Shown here: positions 28,657 through 38,619 of the stretch, one piece after another | Layout: every line of letters begins with the position of its first letter | Numbering within the stretch: the stretch's first letter is position 1 | Virus record (IMG/VR): IMGVR_UViG_3300028602_000005 | Span: 146,137 to 210,136 of that record | DNA: 64,000 nt | Strand: one strand, 5' to 3' | DNA from: a virus | Lineage: Duplodnaviria; Heunggongvirae; Uroviricota; Caudoviricetes | Program-made: the position numbers and the translations under genes | The notes under the pieces: model-generated | What the model was told of the DNA's origin: nothing | The model's input: only the letters and a program-made list of their open reading frames with translations | Databases searched by the model: none

Positions 28657-30062
28657 TATTTAAATCCACCTTTATATTTAGTAGAAATAGCTTTTCTTAT
28701 ATCATCAGGACTAGTTTTCATAGCTTTTGATATAGCAGATTTTGTTTTAGCTTTTGTTTGCTCGTATGTTTTTTTAGTTTTATCCCAATATTTATATATT
28801 GCGGGTTTTTCTGGCTCTGTAGAATCAGCAGCAAAACTTTCAACCGCCTCTGTATCCCCTGCAAAATTTTCAACTGCTTCCACTTCATCACTTAAAGCTT
28901 CTGGTTGAGTTTCTGAAAGAGTTTCAACTTTAGTTCTTTTCTCTGAGTCAACTCTATTTCTAGGTAATTCTTCATTTGCTATTTGTAAAAGATTTATCAT
29001 AGATTGAATTTCTTCTATTTCATTTTCGACATATGAACTATTTTTAAAATTTGAATATGTTATTTTTTTATCTCTTAAATTTTGTAAATAATTTTCTAAA
29101 CTAGGTCTATCATTTCCAGTACCTCTTGTTGTCATGGTTGAAAATAAACTAACAATATCAAGTCTGACATCTACCATTTGAAGTCTCTGATTTAAAGCAA
29201 TTGCTTGATTATCACCACCCTTAACTACAGTTATACTTGATATTGCCCCTGATTCTAATCTAAATAACCCTTTACAGTCAAGTTTTACAAAATAAGGATA
29301 AGAGTATGTTTCTCCTTTATCGTCTGTCTTAGGCAATCCTAGAGAGAGTAAAGCTGCCAATGGACCAATAATATATTTCTCAGTAGCTTTTAAAGAAGCT
29401 GGTTCTGGATTAAACAATCTAATTGTAAATGAATATGTAGGATTAAATGAACTATTTTTCCAAATCATAGGGAAATCAACTCTAGATCCACCAAGTAATT
29501 TATTTATTCTAGCTCCTAAATGTTTCATTGTAGGACTTGAATTAGTAATATTTCCATATATTGATTCTAACTCTCCTGCAAATCTAGAAACTCCTCTTCC
29601 AATAGTTCCTACTATTGAATCGGATGCTTTTATTGGGTCCATAAATTGTTTACCTGCACCAGTCATTGTTCTAGCACCTGTCATTTGAGTTAATTCACCA
29701 GCTACTGATGAAATACCGCCAGTTAATGTATCAAGAAATGATTCGCTATATTCATTTTGGAATGTTTCATTTGGTATATTATCACCTAAAAATGCGACTT
29801 TTAAATAATTTTCCCCACTATATGTAAAACCCAATTGTCTTAATTCCATAATATATGAAGTCCATGCTTTGGATAATTTGAAAACTGTTAATCCACCCTC
29901 ATGAAAATTAGGAACACATGGCGTAATATCTGTTATCATCATAGAGTTGAGAATCATTTTATTTACATTTGATTCTCGATCACCCTTTAAAGGTGGAAGA
30001 CCTATGATATCTGGAATTGCTATTGAATTAGGAACTTCCATTAGATCTGTAATTTTTGACAT
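28656..30062 (-). CDS. Putative baseplate/tail-tube initiator protein
   Basis: FPMIWKNSSF.PTYSFTIRL, YPYFV and VDVRLDI tube-fold-like motifs; 30-nt tandem repeat at 28831-28880. Confidence 0.5.
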   Translation of the reverse strand: MSKITDLMEVPNSIAIPDIIGLPPLKGDRESNVNKMILNSMMITDITPCVPNFHEGGLTVFKLSKAWTSYIMELRQLGFTYSGENYLKVAFLGDNIPNETFQNEYSESFLDTLTGGISSVAGELTQMTGARTMTGAGKQFMDPIKASDSIVGTIGRGVSRFAGELESIYGNITNSSPTMKHLGARINKLLGGSRVDFPMIWKNSSFNPTYSFTIRLFNPEPASLKATEKYIIGPLAALLSLGLPKTDDKGETYSYPYFVKLDCKGLFRLESGAISSITVVKGGDNQAIALNQRLQMVDVRLDIVSLFSTMTTRGTGNDRPSLENYLQNLRDKKITYSNFKNSSYVENEIEEIQSMINLLQIANEELPRNRVDSEKRTKVETLSETQPEALSDEVEAVENFAGDTEAVESFAADSTEPEKPAIYKYWDKTKKTYEQTKAKTKSAISKAMKTSPDDIRKAISTKYKGGFK

Positions 30063-30084
30063 ATTTTTTATTCCTATTTTTAGT

Positions 30085-32913
30085 TTATTGAACTGGATTA
30101 ATCCAAATTTCTTTTATTCCTGAAGAAAATCTACCGATAGCATTATCTTGATTAGTTAAATTATTAATAATATTATTGGTTACTGTTGATATAGTATTAT
30201 TTGAACTTGCTAAAGCCGCTTCAAGTGTTTTTTGATTCATAGCGGCGTTTTTATTATTATTATCCCATAATCCACCCATATATTCATCTAAATGTTTAGC
30301 TGCTCTTTCTTCAGCAGATACTTCAATTTTAACTATTTGATCTTTCGTTAAAGCCGGTATTGGTCGATTAGCATTAATTAATGGCTCTACATTTTCTTTA
30401 TATTTTCCATATCCTTTTTTAATTTTACTATATAATGAATCACTATTTTCATTAAGCTCTGGATTATATTTATCTAAAAGTTCCTGAATATAATTAGTTT
30501 TTTCACTTAAATAATTTTTGGCTTTTACAGCAAATCCTGATATTTTTTCCCACACACTAACCCACATATTGACTACTTTCATAAATGCTGTTGAATATAA
30601 ATCAACCATAGTAATTTTAATCAAATTTGATGTGTCAACTATTTTTTCTACCACTTTAAAAAAATATTTGTGTAATCCTGCCGTCAATTTATTTTCATCT
30701 AAATTTAATCCAAGAATACCACCAATTAGATCATTACCTAGTAGACCTCCAATGATTCCAGATGTTCTTTCTCCCCATGTTAAATATGTTCCTGGTTTAT
30801 CTTTACCAAATATGCTTTTTGCGTTATTTCCACCACTCAAAGCTGTTTTAATTATATAAGCAATAGCTATAGCACCTAAAATAATTTTAGGTATCATTAA
30901 CGGTAAAGTTTTAAAAAAGAATTTAAAAACACCTGCCATATTAATATTCCTAAATTTTTTAAATAAAGGACCAAATAATTTACTACCCCATTTTTTACCT
31001 TTTGAAAATATACCTTTAAATAAATTACGGCTTTTAAAAAAAATAGATTTAAATAAATTACTACCTTTAGAAAGCAACCATAATAAACCAGTTCTTTTTA
31101 AAACAGTGTGACCAAATTTAAGAATTCTAGCAAATCCATATTTCGCAAGATGTACAATTCTATTTGTTCCTTTTAAATTTTCACCAGTATCTTTTTCAAT
31201 ATTTAATATACTAGGAATAACTTTATTTTGAAATTTCTCTTTTAATTCTAAACCCTTTTCTTTTAATTTTGTACCCTTTTCTTGTAAATATGAACCTTTT
31301 TCTTTTGCTTTATCTATAATAGATGTTTTTTTAATTTTTTCATGTACTGAATCCATTGCTTCACCAATAGTGGTATATAAAATCTTGTCTTTAAAACTAT
31401 TAAAATTTTCTTTAGTTAATGAATCTAATACTTTATCTGATAATCTATCTATATTTTCTTTTGAAAATGTTTCTTTCGCTTTACCTGATATAGTATCAAC
31501 ATTTTCTTCGATAGTTTTACCCTTTTTTCTAATTCTTCTCCCTTTAACTTTATTATATAAACTTTTACCTGGTTCTATAATGAAAGAAGCTTCATTTTTT
31601 AAAGAACTTTTTGCATATTCTACTGGATCATTTTTCATTCTATCATATTCATTTAATAAACCATTTTTTACATAATTAAATAATCCATCTTTATCATGTT
31701 CTTTTACTTCCGCTTTAGTTGCTTTGAATATATCTGAATAATCTTTTATTTCATATTTTTCTTTATATTCATTATATCTTTCTTTAGCTTTATCCCATCT
31801 ACTTTTTCTCACTTCTTTTATATCAGAAACATCAGAACCAGTTATTTTTTTAACTAATCTTCCTAAATAATTTATTATAATATCTAATTTTGTCATTCCT
31901 CTTGTAAATATTAAACCAAGAGTACTTGTTATATTTTCAAAAACATTACTTCCTCTTGGAAGCATTGCTCCATATTTACCTTGTTTACCAAATAACCATC
32001 CAACAGCAGAAAAACCTTTTTTAAGTAATTGTGTTGTGGCAATTAAACTTTGCATGATCGGATTTCTAACAATTCCCTGCATAATTGAAACACCAATATC
32101 TTTAGTTACACCAACTAAAGCATATCTTAAACCTCTTAATTCTTTTAAAATTTTATTTGATGTTTTTACTTCTTGTTCTCTAAGAGGATCAAATGCTTGT
32201 TTAAGTATTGACGCTAATTTATCTATAGGAGTTACTATTTCAGCAGGGTGTAATCTAACCAATCCTCCTTTTTCAACAATACCTCCTTTAGCCATTTTAG
32301 GTATTTCTTTTGCCTTATTCATCTTTATTTTTATAGGATCTTCTTTTGCATTATTTCTTCTTCTGTTTCTTTCGGAAATATTATATTTTAAGCTACTCCA
32401 TCCAGATTTAATCTTTTTTCCTAAAAAATCTAAATTATAACTTTTTATTTTTTCCATAAAGTTTTGCCATACACTTGTTTCAAAAAATTTAGATGCAAAA
32501 TATCCAAATATAGGAGTAGATTTTGAAAGAGACAATGCTAATAAATTTTGTTTATTTATATCAAGCTCTTTATTAATTATTTGACCATATTCTTTAATGG
32601 TATCTTTCGTAGTAACTGCTGTTTCAACCATTATTTTTTTTGCATTTTTAGAAACATCTTCAATTATATATCCCATTTTCTTTAGGATTTTATCCATTGA
32701 TTTTTCTACTTTTTGAATTCCTTTTGTATATCCAATTTCATTAATTTCTAATTTTCCACCCTTAGATTTCTTAACTAATTCATCTTGTTTTTTAGCAACG
32801 CTATCTATACGTGAAGATATATTATTTATTTTCCTATCCTGTCTTTCTTCAAATTTTTGAATAATAGACGAATATGATGATATTCTTTTTGGGTCGAATG
32901 CGTCTTCTTTCAA
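30085..32913 (-). CDS. Tape-measure-like protein
   Basis: Long helical Lys-rich protein with IPKMAKGGIV...LHPAEIVTP motif and hydrophobic segments. Confidence 0.6.
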   Translation of the reverse strand: MKEDAFDPKRISSYSSIIQKFEERQDRKINNISSRIDSVAKKQDELVKKSKGGKLEINEIGYTKGIQKVEKSMDKILKKMGYIIEDVSKNAKKIMVETAVTTKDTIKEYGQIINKELDINKQNLLALSLSKSTPIFGYFASKFFETSVWQNFMEKIKSYNLDFLGKKIKSGWSSLKYNISERNRRRNNAKEDPIKIKMNKAKEIPKMAKGGIVEKGGLVRLHPAEIVTPIDKLASILKQAFDPLREQEVKTSNKILKELRGLRYALVGVTKDIGVSIMQGIVRNPIMQSLIATTQLLKKGFSAVGWLFGKQGKYGAMLPRGSNVFENITSTLGLIFTRGMTKLDIIINYLGRLVKKITGSDVSDIKEVRKSRWDKAKERYNEYKEKYEIKDYSDIFKATKAEVKEHDKDGLFNYVKNGLLNEYDRMKNDPVEYAKSSLKNEASFIIEPGKSLYNKVKGRRIRKKGKTIEENVDTISGKAKETFSKENIDRLSDKVLDSLTKENFNSFKDKILYTTIGEAMDSVHEKIKKTSIIDKAKEKGSYLQEKGTKLKEKGLELKEKFQNKVIPSILNIEKDTGENLKGTNRIVHLAKYGFARILKFGHTVLKRTGLLWLLSKGSNLFKSIFFKSRNLFKGIFSKGKKWGSKLFGPLFKKFRNINMAGVFKFFFKTLPLMIPKIILGAIAIAYIIKTALSGGNNAKSIFGKDKPGTYLTWGERTSGIIGGLLGNDLIGGILGLNLDENKLTAGLHKYFFKVVEKIVDTSNLIKITMVDLYSTAFMKVVNMWVSVWEKISGFAVKAKNYLSEKTNYIQELLDKYNPELNENSDSLYSKIKKGYGKYKENVEPLINANRPIPALTKDQIVKIEVSAEERAAKHLDEYMGGLWDNNNKNAAMNQKTLEAALASSNNTISTVTNNIINNLTNQDNAIGRFSSGIKEIWINPVQ

Positions 32914-32925
32914 TTTATTTTTTCC

Positions 32926-33849
32926 TTATTTAAATTTAATAAATAATTTTCTTAAAGCTAGTGGCAACTCATCTATATCCATTAATTCAGAAAAAACACA
33001 AATTACTTCTGAAGGGACAAAAAGTTCCTGATAAAAAAATGAAACCTTTGATTGTATATTCTTCTTTATAATTTTTTCATATGAATTTTCGATAATATTG
33101 AAATAATGTTCAAATAGCTTTCCAAATACTCTTGGATCTGTATTATGTAAAGTTTGAAAAGAAAAATGTTGATATCTTAGTATTTTTCTTTCAAATGTTT
33201 CAGGATCATCTTTAGAATATTTTTTAAGTTTTCTTAAAGCATCAATATTCTTATTAAATACATCTGTTTTCCATAAAAGGGATTCATTTTCAACCATTAA
33301 ATTTACAATTTCTTTTATAGTATTTTTATAATTCTTTTTCTCATCTAAATTAAAATCATGATAAAATAAATTTTCATAAAAGGTATAAAGATATCTTCCA
33401 AAATGACTTAAGAATTCCTTTGCTCCTAATTCATCAGCCATCATATGAATTAATTCATGAATTGTATATTCAACTATTTGTTCGTTTGTAGAAACACCAA
33501 AAAAATTACTAGTATTATCAATTAAAATAAATATTTTATTTTCATTTCCCTCAAAGAAAGCCAATAATTTTGGTGATCCTTTATAGAATAATTTTTTTAT
33601 TATTTTTTTTAATATGATTGCGCCTATAGATTTTGTTGAAAAACATGGAACTATAATACCATTATCAACTAATTTACTAATATATTTTTCTATTTTGTTT
33701 GCTCTTTTAATATCTTTAAAAACTTCTTTAAATTTTTCTTTTAAATCATTTGATGAATATAATGTAATTCCAAATAAATCACCCACAGGATATAGGTTAA
33801 TAGGAACAGCAAATAATTCTGAAATAAATTCATTATCTTTTTTCATCAT
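32926..33849 (-). CDS. Putative zincin metallopeptidase
   Basis: TIHELIH (HExxH) with downstream QE...SE. Confidence 0.65.
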   Translation of the reverse strand: MMKKDNEFISELFAVPINLYPVGDLFGITLYSSNDLKEKFKEVFKDIKRANKIEKYISKLVDNGIIVPCFSTKSIGAIILKKIIKKLFYKGSPKLLAFFEGNENKIFILIDNTSNFFGVSTNEQIVEYTIHELIHMMADELGAKEFLSHFGRYLYTFYENLFYHDFNLDEKKNYKNTIKEIVNLMVENESLLWKTDVFNKNIDALRKLKKYSKDDPETFERKILRYQHFSFQTLHNTDPRVFGKLFEHYFNIIENSYEKIIKKNIQSKVSFFYQELFVPSEVICVFSELMDIDELPLALRKLFIKFK

Positions 33850-33858
33850 AAATCCCCT

Positions 33859-35535
33859 TTATAAATCAGAAAGAACTTTAAACATATCGACAAATAATCC
33901 ATCCTGTGTTTTAGTTCCCATTTTATTATCTATTAAAAATTTAGCTTTATTCTTTAAGTCTATATTCAATGATTGCATTTTATTATCTTTAAATTCCTGT
34001 GTATCATTATCAGTGAATCGAACAATTTTATTATCATCATTAAGATCAATAATATCTTTGAAAAATGAATCATCTCTTGAAAATTCATCACTTAACATTA
34101 ATGGTGGATCATATTTTCTAACATAAAATGTAAAAGCAGTAGCTAAAGTTAAGTCATCATTTTCCCCAATATCTGCTTGAACTTTTCCATTATGTTCAAC
34201 TAAACCTATGAGTTCATTTATAAGTCGTTCTGAATAAATATTATGAGGAAATTGAACAATGTAAGAATAAAGAGCATCTATCATTAAAGGTCTTGTTAAT
34301 GTATTCGTATTTAATCCAGGAACAACAATATTACTTGATTTTTTATATTGATATAACATTCCAGAATATTCACTTAAAGATAATGTTTCAGAAACTTGAT
34401 TTCCGTAACTATTATTTTCGGGAATAACTAATCCTTGATATTGGGAACAAGCAAATTTAACAACTTTTGAAAAATTAGTTACTGATGTTTTAACCTGATA
34501 TTCCCATACTTGTTCTAATGTTACATAATCAAATACTTCAATTGTCGAATAGTCATTTCCAAATTCAGATGCTGTATCTACACCGATTAAATAATTTTTT
34601 CCAGGAACAGGATCTGCAAATACCCAAACTTCTCCCCCAAACAGTTTAAATCTTTCTTTTGGGTCTTTTTTATTTTCTTGTAATTTACTTATAGTTTCAT
34701 CTGGAAAAAATGATCCTGATGAGGCAACAAATTGCATTTCTAATTCTTGTTTAATTTTCTTTTGATCATATGCAAGAAGTTTACATTGATTCTCATACCA
34801 TAATGGATCATTTGCTAATTCTGGAATATTTCTCCAATGAATTTTAAATTCTTTGAAAATATCTTTATTACTTACAGCAGATTTATATTTTTCATAATAC
34901 CATTTTCCCACACCTTGAGTTTTATTCGGAGTGGATAATATTACAGTTCCATAAGGAACACCTGCTTTTCTAGCTTGCATTTGATTTGTAGAAAGGGCTG
35001 GAACCATTGAGGTCCAAGCTTCATCTATAAATTTAATGAACGCTGCTTCATCTATGACTAAAAATGTAATAGCTTTACCTCTAAGACATTTTTCAGGTGA
35101 TGCTGGTGCTACAGGAGAAGCATAAACCTTTGATCCATTTTTTAAAATAAATGACTGTTCAGTATATTTATCATATCCAGGCTGAAGCCATTTTGGTATT
35201 TTATCAATCATTTTTCTAATATCTCTGGCAAAAACTGTGGCTTCAGAAGCATCTTTAGAAACAATACCCACAACAACATTATCATGAAATATTGTCAACC
35301 AAACACAATATGCTTTAAGAATAGTTGAAATTCCAATCTGTCTTGATTTAATAACAAAAATATATTTTTCTCTTTCTATAGCATCTAATAATTCAACCTG
35401 TTTATCATAAGGTTTAAAATATTCATCACCACCTGGTAATTCAAGAAGAATATAATTTCTTATAAAATAATCATAATTTTCACTACATCGAATGAACTCA
35501 TTTAATTGATCTTCTTTCTTTTGAGTTAAAATCAT
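33859..35535 (-). CDS. terL: Terminase large subunit (T4 gp17-like)
   Basis: KSRQIGIST Walker A, LVIDEAAF Walker B, STPN, nuclease IGVD...DYS...ENN...NDDL. Confidence 0.95.
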   Translation of the reverse strand: MILTQKKEDQLNEFIRCSENYDYFIRNYILLELPGGDEYFKPYDKQVELLDAIEREKYIFVIKSRQIGISTILKAYCVWLTIFHDNVVVGIVSKDASEATVFARDIRKMIDKIPKWLQPGYDKYTEQSFILKNGSKVYASPVAPASPEKCLRGKAITFLVIDEAAFIKFIDEAWTSMVPALSTNQMQARKAGVPYGTVILSTPNKTQGVGKWYYEKYKSAVSNKDIFKEFKIHWRNIPELANDPLWYENQCKLLAYDQKKIKQELEMQFVASSGSFFPDETISKLQENKKDPKERFKLFGGEVWVFADPVPGKNYLIGVDTASEFGNDYSTIEVFDYVTLEQVWEYQVKTSVTNFSKVVKFACSQYQGLVIPENNSYGNQVSETLSLSEYSGMLYQYKKSSNIVVPGLNTNTLTRPLMIDALYSYIVQFPHNIYSERLINELIGLVEHNGKVQADIGENDDLTLATAFTFYVRKYDPPLMLSDEFSRDDSFFKDIIDLNDDNKIVRFTDNDTQEFKDNKMQSLNIDLKNKAKFLIDNKMGTKTQDGLFVDMFKVLSDL

Positions 35536-35568
35536 TTTTTGTTTTTTTTTAAAACTCCAAATTATATT

Positions 35569-36039
35569 TTATTTAATATAATTTACTAATCTAGGAATAA
35601 CATCATCATAGTATTTACTTAAATCTTCATTAGACAAAGCCATAGAATTAAATGTTAATCCTCTAATTTTATTATCTAAAGAATCTGATGTAAGAGAACG
35701 AATACTTGAATTGTTTTCAAAAACTATTAAATCTTTTCTTACTGTTATATATTTAGGTTTAATATTTTCTGGTAAATCTCTAATTAATTTTTTAATATCT
35801 TGCATATTAGTTATTGCTTCATTTATATCTTTAGATACAATAGCAACATTCATATTACTTTTAAATGTTGTTAACCAAATATAATATAATTTCATTCTTA
35901 TATTTGAATAACTGACTTTTTTAGATTTTATAAAAACTATTTTTTTATCTCTATCAAATTCTGAAAGATCTTTATCATTAAAAAAATAACTGGAAAAAAC
36001 ATCAAAGCGTTTAGAGTATTCTATATAATCTTTTTTCAT
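35569..36039 (-). CDS. Degenerate paralogue of the terminase ATPase domain
   Basis: Aligns by eye to TerL residues of about 55-160 (IKS, WLT.F, V.IVSKD..EA, I..LP, F.N.S, K.RG.T). Confidence 0.75.
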   Translation of the reverse strand: MKKDYIEYSKRFDVFSSYFFNDKDLSEFDRDKKIVFIKSKKVSYSNIRMKLYYIWLTTFKSNMNVAIVSKDINEAITNMQDIKKLIRDLPENIKPKYITVRKDLIVFENNSSIRSLTSDSLDNKIRGLTFNSMALSNEDLSKYYDDVIPRLVNYIK

Positions 36040-36066
36040 AAATATTCCTTTCCTTTCTTTTAATTT

Positions 36067-36113
36067 TGTTCTAAATTTTTTTCAATCTTGAGAAATTATA
36101 GTATATATATTAT
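36067..36113. promoter_or_regulatory. Divergent late (leftward) and early (rightward) promoter pair
   Basis: Minus TTAGAACA at 36067-36074; plus GTATATATATTAT at 36101-36113. Confidence 0.55.
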
Positions 36114-36140
36114 TTAATATAAAAAAACGAGGAGGTTGTT

Positions 36141-36536
36141 ATGCAAACTTATACTTTTTATATTACTGATGAAAATTTTGATAAGGAAATTAAAAATGAT
36201 TATGTTGGAGAGCTTGTTAGAAATATAAAAGATATTGATTATTTTGATATTGCAGATTTTAATGATCTATGTGTGATTGGAGGAATATTATTATCTATAT
36301 TGAGAAGAAAAAAATATATTTCGAAAAAAATTATTGAAGAAATAAAAGAAGATTATTCTTTTATTTCAGAAGTATTCAATTTTAAGGAAACTATAAATCA
36401 AGAGATTGATAAATTAATGGAAATTGCATTAAACACTATAATAAATTTATTAAAATATGCAAATGTTCCATTTAATATAAATCAAAATGCAAATGAAATA
36501 TTTATAGAATTATTGCATCCAGATTTAAAACCTTAA
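36141..36536 (+). CDS. Hypothetical early protein
   Basis: GAGGAGG SD; promoter motif upstream. Confidence 0.7.
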   Translation: MQTYTFYITDENFDKEIKNDYVGELVRNIKDIDYFDIADFNDLCVIGGILLSILRRKKYISKKIIEEIKEDYSFISEVFNFKETINQEIDKLMEIALNTIINLLKYANVPFNINQNANEIFIELLHPDLKP

Positions 36537-36692
36537 AATTAGAATTATATTCTAATTATATTACACACACGTATAAACAAAGGAGATTTAATCTAGCTGA
36601 TAAAAGTTCTGTAAAATTCTATTTTGAATCTGAAATTTAGAATTGTTTTATATATATTAATTGATGAATAAAAAAACTTGAGGAGGTTTTTT

Positions 36693-37040
36693 ATGAACTA
36701 CGAATTTACAGGAAATAAAGAAAAAGTAAACAATATAATGAAAAAAGGATTAAAAAGAAAAGTGTTTTATCATCACTTATCAAAACAAGAAGTGGATAAG
36801 TTTTATAATTCTATTATAATTATTATTCATTTCTTAATAGAAGGTATTGAGGAAAACACCTTCGATGATTTATTAATATGTCAACACATGTTCAATCCTT
36901 TATTAAATGAACTATTACCTGGAGAAAAATATGATAAATTAATTACTATAAGTAAAGATATCATTATTGATATCTTAAAAAATCACAAAGATGTAACAGT
37001 AACAGAAAAAGAAAATATGTTATTAGTACATTTTAATTAA
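36693..37040 (+). CDS. Hypothetical early protein (possible paralogue of 36141..36536)
   Basis: Start MNYEF after GAGGAGG; TATATATATTAA at 36649-36660. Confidence 0.7.
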   Translation: MNYEFTGNKEKVNNIMKKGLKRKVFYHHLSKQEVDKFYNSIIIIIHFLIEGIEENTFDDLLICQHMFNPLLNELLPGEKYDKLITISKDIIIDILKNHKDVTVTEKENMLLVHFN

Positions 37041-37044
37041 AAAT

Positions 37045-37086
37045 AAAAAATAACATAAATGAATTTATCATTTATGTTATTTTTTT
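37045..37086. terminator. Bidirectional terminator
   Basis: AAAAAATAACATAAATGA/TCATTTATGTTATTTTTT between convergent genes. Confidence 0.75.
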
Positions 37087-37487
37087 GCCTCGTTTTCCAT
37101 TTTTTCAAGTCTTGTGTAGTAATCACTTATCTCTTCTAAATGATCCTTTGCTATTTCTCTAGCTATTAAAATATCATTAGTGTGTTCTGTTTCTACTTCT
37201 ATACCCATTGTCAATTGTTTAAAATCATATTTTGAATCTGGTTCATCTACATGCTTACCAACATTATTTAAATAATGTGAATATTGCTTGGCTACATACA
37301 TATATAAATCTTCTGGCAATATTCCAATTTTTTTGGCTAATTCTTTTATATCATTTAATGATTTATAATCATTATTTCTGAAATATTTTTTTACTTCATA
37401 TTCCTGAGTATCTGTAAATCTTCTAACTAATGGTGATGGTAGTAGATTTTCTAAAAGAATATTTTTATATTCATCATCATTTTTCAT
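37077..37487 (-). CDS. DUF5661-like protein
   Basis: QLTMGIEVETEHT...IAKDHLEE..DYYTRL motif; TTAGAACA-N6-TA at 37518-37533. Confidence 0.8.
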   Translation of the reverse strand: MKNDDEYKNILLENLLPSPLVRRFTDTQEYEVKKYFRNNDYKSLNDIKELAKKIGILPEDLYMYVAKQYSHYLNNVGKHVDEPDSKYDFKQLTMGIEVETEHTNDILIAREIAKDHLEEISDYYTRLEKMENEAKK

Positions 37488-37551
37488 AATAAATAAATCC
37501 CCTTTAAATTATTAATATATTATTTTGTTCTAAGTATAAAAATAAACAAAA

Positions 37552-37819
37552 AAATAACACATGCAAGATTATCTCACATGTGTTATTTGTATATTAAGAT
37601 AATTATATTATCTTAATTATATATTCTTCTCCTTTTCCTTTCTCCATTTCAAATCTACCATTATTTTTAATGGAGGATACAATAGATAAAATGAAGATTT
37701 CAAAAAAAATAAAAATTTTATATTCTTAATTATACATATAATTTTATAATAAAAAAAAGAGTATAAATCATAATGATCTATACTCTCTTTATACATAAGA
37801 TAACTATGTTATCTTATGT
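37552..37819. repeat. Cluster of four intergenic hairpins
   Basis: Inverted repeats at 37552-37588, 37593-37617, 37758-37786 and 37793-37819. Confidence 0.65.
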
Positions 37820-37820
37820 T

Positions 37821-38471
37821 TTATTCATTTCCTCCTTCATTCTCATTTTCTTCTTTTGATGTTATGGTTTTAAAAGTTTCGATAAATCTTTCCAGTCTTT
37901 CGATGATTTCTCCAAATTCTTTGGTATCCTCATCGAACCCCATGTCATCTTCGACAATGTTGAGTTGTTTCTTCAGAGTTTCTCCAAGAAATTCTAATTT
38001 CCTGAAGTATATTGGGTTATCCTTTTTATAACCCTCATATATTCGTTTGACGGTTTCATCAAGAGCCTCAGCTTCAGATATATCAGGCATAGAGTTAAGA
38101 TCTTCGATAATTTCTTCGAATTTTTCAATTGAAGTATTTTTACCGAAGTTATTAAATCTATCTATCATTCTATTAACTATGTCAATAACTTTATTATCAC
38201 TTACTATAATGATAATAAGTTGTTCAACATCGTCAATAGTTTCTATGACGAGCTTTTTAAAGTTTTCATCACTCACAACTTCCTTTACTAAAGAAAAAAC
38301 ATTGGAGTAATTACCTAGAATTCGCTGAAAGACGTTCTTTGTTACATTGAAACAAATCTCAGTGGAAACTATTTGATATATCATTTCCACCATTCCTTTA
38401 TAATGGTCAAATCTGACCATTCCCAAAACAAACTGATAGAAACCCATTACTGTATTCAACATATTAAACAT
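37821..38471 (-). CDS. Hypothetical helical early protein
   Basis: Start MFNML after GAGGAGG; CTATATATATTAA at 38501-38513. Confidence 0.7.
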   Translation of the reverse strand: MFNMLNTVMGFYQFVLGMVRFDHYKGMVEMIYQIVSTEICFNVTKNVFQRILGNYSNVFSLVKEVVSDENFKKLVIETIDDVEQLIIIIVSDNKVIDIVNRMIDRFNNFGKNTSIEKFEEIIEDLNSMPDISEAEALDETVKRIYEGYKKDNPIYFRKLEFLGETLKKQLNIVEDDMGFDEDTKEFGEIIERLERFIETFKTITSKEENENEGGNE

Positions 38472-38500
38472 AACAAACCTCCTCATTTTTTTATTACTAA

Positions 38501-38579
38501 TTAATATATATAGCTAAAATGAAAATTTCAGAAAAAAATTTTTATGTAATTATTTATGGATTTTAAAATATTTAGAACA
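38501..38579. promoter_or_regulatory. Divergent early/late promoter pair
   Basis: Minus CTATATATATTAA at 38501-38513; plus TTAGAACA at 38572-38579. Confidence 0.55.
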
Positions 38580-38619
38580 AAATATAAACATAAAAGAATT
38601 AATTTTGGAGGTTTAAAAA

